124,000 bases of DNA. It comes from Hyalangium minutum (lineage in GTDB: Bacteria; Myxococcota; Myxococcia; Myxococcales; Myxococcaceae). Below are positions 119,881 to 124,000 of the stretch, piece after piece (position 1 is the stretch's first letter; each line of letters starts with the position of its first letter). The stretch covers positions 144,001-268,000 of the forward strand of contig NZ_JMCB01000005.1 in assembly GCF_000737315.1 (NCBI RefSeq), read 5' to 3'. Position numbers and translations under genes: made by a program. The notes under the pieces are model-generated. The model was given only the letters and a program-made list of their open reading frames with translations. It was not told where the DNA came from and did not search any database.

Positions 119881-121473
119881 ATGGACGTGCCGCTGCTCGA
119901 TGCGGATGCGGACGTGAGGAGCCTTCCGCATGGGACGAGGGTTGGACCCTGGCGGCTGAAGGGGGGACGGGGTATCGGGGCTTACGGCGCCGTGTACCGC
120001 GCTGAGCGGGTGGGCCACGAGGAAGCGGGAGATGCTGCCCTCAAGATGGCCCTCCACCCCAGGGATCCTCGCTTCAAGAGGGAAGCAGAGATGCTGAGGC
120101 GGACGCGTCATCCGAATGTACCGCGCCTGCTCGACAGCGGAGAGTGGCGGCATCCGAACGGCTTCCACCATCCGTTCATCGTGATGGAGCGCATCGATGG
120201 TGAGCCACTCTACGCGTGGGCCGAGCGCCGCAACCCGGACACGAGGCAGGTGCTGCGGTTGTTGGCTCAGGCCGCTCGGGCCCTGCAAGCTACGCATGAG
120301 GCGGGGGGAGTGCACCGGGACGTCAAGGGCGACAATGTCCTGGTTCGGCCCGTGGATGAATGGCTCTTCCTGATGGACTTCGGAGCGGGGGATTACGTGG
120401 GAGCAGAGCGGTTGACCGCCTCCCGCCTGCCGCCAGGAACTCCGCCCTACCGCAGCCCTGAGGCGTGGGCCGCCAGCAGAAACCCCTGGAGGAAGCCGCA
120501 CGAGCGATATGTTGCCGGGCCCGCCGATGATGTGTTCGCCTTGGGTGTCATGGCCTACCGGTTGGTGACAGACGAGTATCCGCCCTTCACGGATGCGAGC
120601 AGCGAAGAGGGCCAGTGCTGGCAACCTGGGGGCAGTGGGCCTCGGCCGCCAAGCGAGGTGAATTCCCGAGTGGGCCCCGAACTGGATGCCGTCATCCAAC
120701 GCATGCTGTCGCTGAACCCGAAGAAGCGGGGAACCGCCCAGGAGTTGGCGGAGGTAATGGAGCAGAGCGCCGCGCAGGTCCGTTCCGTGTCGGGCGAAGG
120801 CTTGTTCCAGTGGGAGACGCCGCAGTCCTCTGCATGGTCCCACGGGGAGGCGACCGACGTCGAGCGGCTCGGGCATCGCTTGCGGCGAAGAAACAGGAAG
120901 GCGGTGCTCGCGGCGGTGGACGCGGACGCCACCAAGAGAGCAACGGTCCATCGTCAGCAGGCAGTGGCAGGCGCCAAGACCGCGCTGCGTGGTGAGCGCG
121001 AGGTGTTGAGGGCACAGGGCCTGTCTGGGTTCGCCTTGATGGCGGCGACGGCCCTGGCGGTCCTGTTGTTATGGCTGCAGCAGCGGGAGTCCCTGAGTTC
121101 CCAGGAGGGAGTACCTGTTGCTCGCGGCACGCGCTCGGGGGAGCAGCGCGATGGAGGAGTCACCCACGTAGGGGACACCGCAGTGTCCGCTGTCTCCTCT
121201 GGTGAGCAGTCTCCGATGGGCAAGGGTGTTGCGGTCGAAGCGCCGCCCAAGCCTTTCCCAGGCCAGCTCAGGCCTGATCTCAACGGCCGCTGCCGGAAGG
121301 GGCAGTATTCGATCAACGGAGGGTGTTGGCTGAGAGTGGAGGTGAGTGACTTGGAGGACTGCAAAGGCGTCAAAAACGGCGTTGAGTTCGAGCAGTCCTG
121401 CTACACGCCGATTTTCCCTTCCAAACGAGAGCCGACCTCTGCTCCCGTGAGTCCCGTAGAACCGGAGCGTTGA
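119881..121473 (+). CDS. Ser/Thr kinase with TM and C-terminal Cys-rich domain
   Basis: GAYGAV, HRDVKGDN, DFG, YRSPE; PFPGQ...C...GGCW...CYTPIF. Confidence 0.85.
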   Translation: MDVPLLDADADVRSLPHGTRVGPWRLKGGRGIGAYGAVYRAERVGHEEAGDAALKMALHPRDPRFKREAEMLRRTRHPNVPRLLDSGEWRHPNGFHHPFIVMERIDGEPLYAWAERRNPDTRQVLRLLAQAARALQATHEAGGVHRDVKGDNVLVRPVDEWLFLMDFGAGDYVGAERLTASRLPPGTPPYRSPEAWAASRNPWRKPHERYVAGPADDVFALGVMAYRLVTDEYPPFTDASSEEGQCWQPGGSGPRPPSEVNSRVGPELDAVIQRMLSLNPKKRGTAQELAEVMEQSAAQVRSVSGEGLFQWETPQSSAWSHGEATDVERLGHRLRRRNRKAVLAAVDADATKRATVHRQQAVAGAKTALRGEREVLRAQGLSGFALMAATALAVLLLWLQQRESLSSQEGVPVARGTRSGEQRDGGVTHVGDTAVSAVSSGEQSPMGKGVAVEAPPKPFPGQLRPDLNGRCRKGQYSINGGCWLRVEVSDLEDCKGVKNGVEFEQSCYTPIFPSKREPTSAPVSPVEPER

Positions 121474-121494
121474 AGCTCAGTCTCATCAGGCCGT

Positions 121495-122352
121495 TCACTT
121501 CTGGGGCTCCAGCACGAACAACTGGCCCTCAGTGTCGAGGAACTTCGTCTCCCTGCCGCGCGGCAGTCGGAGCTTCACGTGGCGGCCGTTCCACTCCGCC
121601 GTGTGCCCGTCCGAGAAGCTCCGCCCGGACGTCCGCAGATAATCCAGCAGGCCGGAGAACATCCCGAACGTCTCTTCTCCCTCGGCGTGGCTCCGCGCGT
121701 GCCAGGCCAGCTCCGGCAGCCCCAGCATCGGCGCTCCATATGTCCGCATCCACACCCCCGCCTCCCCCTCCACTTCCAGCTTTACGAAGCCTACGTAGAG
121801 CGCCGTGAGCGGCATCGTCCGCAGCAGTTCCAGCAGGTCCTCTCCCTCCTCTGGAATCAACGCCTGCGCCGGGAACGAGGTGTGCGCGCTCTCGTTCAGC
121901 ACCACCAGCGCCCCCTCCTTCGCCAGCGCCACCGCCACCAGCCCCAGTGCCACGAACTGTTCCAGCCGGTCCGGCTCCTCCCCCGCGTAGAACAGCAGCG
122001 CGTGCGCCGCATGCGCCCGGGCCTGTTCCTTCAAGTCGGCCCCGAAGTGCGCTGGCCCCACGCACAGCTCCACCACCGCCCCCGGCATCGGCTTGCTGAA
122101 CACCACCACCTGCACCCCGTGCTTGCCCCACCGCGCCACGCCGACCTCGGCGCCCATCGTGGTGCTCGCCTGCCGGTCGAACTCGAAGCGCGCGCCGGAG
122201 AGCGAGGGGTGAAACCCCTGGAGCGTCCGCGACAGCACATTCACGTCCAGCCGCAGCGGGCGGGGAAGCAGGAGCTGGAGGCTCAACGGCGTCTCACGAC
122301 GCGGAGCCGCTTCCGTCTTCTGCCTTCCCAAGATTCGATCGAAGAAGCCCAT
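121495..122352 (-). CDS. DUF4261-like domain protein
   Basis: MGFFDRILG N-terminus; WMRTYG...GLPEL; FSDGHT. Confidence 0.65.
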   Translation of the reverse strand: MGFFDRILGRQKTEAAPRRETPLSLQLLLPRPLRLDVNVLSRTLQGFHPSLSGARFEFDRQASTTMGAEVGVARWGKHGVQVVVFSKPMPGAVVELCVGPAHFGADLKEQARAHAAHALLFYAGEEPDRLEQFVALGLVAVALAKEGALVVLNESAHTSFPAQALIPEEGEDLLELLRTMPLTALYVGFVKLEVEGEAGVWMRTYGAPMLGLPELAWHARSHAEGEETFGMFSGLLDYLRTSGRSFSDGHTAEWNGRHVKLRLPRGRETKFLDTEGQLFVLEPQK

Positions 122353-122409
122353 GCCCCGGCGGCTTACCACACCCTCCCGAGGCATAGGCTCCGGTCTCAG
122401 TGGCTCCGA

Positions 122410-122940
122410 CTACTGGATGTAGCCGACGGTCTCGCCGCGGTCGAGGAACTCACCCTTGGAGGTGTAGCTGGAGTACCAGGAGGTGTTGTTCGTGCCGTAG
122501 CGGTCGTACTGCATGTGGGTGTGGGGGCCGGTGACGTTGCCCGTGCCGCCCTCGTCGCCAATCTGGCAGCGGTCGCAGGTCTTGTCGACCGAGGTGGGCT
122601 CCTTGAGGAAGTGCCACTGGCGGATGACGTAGTCATTCGCGAAGGTGTGCTTCACCTCGTTCTGGTTGCCGCTGCCGTTGCCGTAGCACACGACGGCGGT
122701 GGTGCGGATGGTGACGTTCCAGGACATCGAACCCACCACGCCCGTCTCGACACCCCAGTAGCCGCAAGCGTTGCGGCTGGAGATGTCCACCGCGCCGTGG
122801 AACGTGCCGCTCGAGTAATAGGTGGTGGCCGTCACATCGCCCGGGAAGGGCGAGCCCACCCGGTACGACGCGATCGCGACCGCGGGGATGAACGCCAGGG
122901 AGGCCAGCACTGCCATCGTTGTCTTCATCGTCTTGCGCAT
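122410..122940 (-). CDS. Secreted M23 family metallopeptidase
   Basis: Signal peptide; HGAVD (HxxxD) and GGTGNVTGPHTH (HxH). Confidence 0.75.
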   Translation of the reverse strand: MRKTMKTTMAVLASLAFIPAVAIASYRVGSPFPGDVTATTYYSSGTFHGAVDISSRNACGYWGVETGVVGSMSWNVTIRTTAVVCYGNGSGNQNEVKHTFANDYVIRQWHFLKEPTSVDKTCDRCQIGDEGGTGNVTGPHTHMQYDRYGTNNTSWYSSYTSKGEFLDRGETVGYIQ

Positions 122941-122986
122941 CGTTGTTCCTCTCGGGCCGGAAGTCCGGCCCCCGGGGGGAGGGGTA

Positions 122987-123994
122987 CTACCGAGCCTGCT
123001 GCAACCGCTGCTTCTCCCTCTGGATCAGGCTCCAATCCTGAAGGTTCATGTTGAGGACTCGAATCCAGGAGTCGATCTCCGGCGCGAGGCTCGGGTCGAC
123101 GCCGCGCAACCGCTGGAGCTCGGGCACCGCGCCGGCGAAGCCGAGCTGGGCGATGCTCTGGAGGATGGACTTGCGCACGGCCGTGTCCTGCTCGCCGCGG
123201 TACATGCCGAGCAGCGCCTGCCGGGCGTTGGTCATCTCCGCCACGGGCACGCCTCCGAGCGCGGTGGAGGCCGCCGCGCGAATCTCCGCGGAGTCGCTGC
123301 GCAGCAACTGCTCGAGCGTGCGGGCGGACCCGGCGCTGATCTCCCCCGTCATGAGCTGACCGAGGATCTGCGTCGTCACCTTCGGGTCCGAGGAGGCCAC
123401 CGCCGCCGCCGCGGCCACGGCGGTGTCCGCCGCCCGGGCGTCGCGCCCGCCGTAGACATGCCGGTTGTCCTCGACGAGGTTGGTCGCGGCCTCTTGGCGC
123501 ACCTCGGGCGAGGGATCTCTCACCAGCCGCTCGTACATGTCCCCCGTGCGCTCCAGGGCGCCGGTGCGCCGCAGCGCGCGGATCGTGGCGGCGCGAAGGC
123601 TCGGGTCCCTGTCCTCCAGGGCGCGCTTCGCGACGGCCTGCATCGCCTCGTCCTCCAGGCCCCGTTCGGTGCGCGCCACCAGGGCCGCCGCGAGGTGCTC
123701 GACCATGACGGGGTCGTACTCGCGCTCGAAGGCGGCCTGGAGCTCGGGGAGGGGCAGGTTGACGGCGGACTCGCGCAGGAGCGTGCGCAGGTAGAGCTTG
123801 TAGGCCTCGGACTTCGAGCCGAGCCCACGGCGGATGGAGCCCATCAATCCCTCGACCGAGCAGGTGCCGGCCTTGAGGGTGGGAGCCTCGGACGAGGAGG
123901 CCGGCGGCTCGGCCAGGGCCAGCGCCGGAGCGAGGAGGCCGACGGTGAGGGCCAGGGTGGGGAGCACATTCATGCGAGGGAAGAGGCGGGTCAT
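122987..123994 (-). CDS. Exported HEAT-repeat protein
   Basis: Signal peptide; repeated D.DP..RAA.I.AL helical motifs. Confidence 0.75.
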   Translation of the reverse strand: MTRLFPRMNVLPTLALTVGLLAPALALAEPPASSSEAPTLKAGTCSVEGLMGSIRRGLGSKSEAYKLYLRTLLRESAVNLPLPELQAAFEREYDPVMVEHLAAALVARTERGLEDEAMQAVAKRALEDRDPSLRAATIRALRRTGALERTGDMYERLVRDPSPEVRQEAATNLVEDNRHVYGGRDARAADTAVAAAAAVASSDPKVTTQILGQLMTGEISAGSARTLEQLLRSDSAEIRAAASTALGGVPVAEMTNARQALLGMYRGEQDTAVRKSILQSIAQLGFAGAVPELQRLRGVDPSLAPEIDSWIRVLNMNLQDWSLIQREKQRLQQAR

Positions 123995-124000
123995 GGGGAG

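Overview
This window is GC-rich chromosomal DNA from a myxobacterium (Myxococcales, Cystobacterineae-like). The assignment rests on family markers: MYXO-CTERM-like, TIGR02265-like, TIGR02269/SitA6-like and MXAN_6521-like proteins, plus five Ser/Thr kinases. The housekeeping backbone includes hprK-rapZ, a complete mannose-class PTS with HPr and EI, metK-ahcY, uppP, manC, argS, PMM/PGM, a ROK kinase, tonB-exbD-exbB and a MarR-controlled RND pump. Accessory cassettes are interleaved with it. These are a standalone Septu/PtuAB-like ATPase-HNH pair, a SIR2 + catalytically dead CHAT fusion next to a dead FHA-GAF-cyclase and a kinase, an nrtX/nrtY-like SPFH + NAD-kinase-fold pair behind tandem NrtR-type boxes, an MbnPH-like copper cluster, tandem RCC1-repeat paralogues, polymorphic toxin/immunity loci (one intact, one a remnant array), a MoxR/DUF58/vWA/ABC operon, and a kinase cassette flanked by a duplicated gene 3' end. 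Two intergenic regions look like structured non-coding RNAs. I found no CRISPR array, rRNA, canonical tRNA, transposase or integrase. All product calls come from motifs recognised by eye, not database searches. Many starts were moved from the ORF track to a more plausible downstream start codon.
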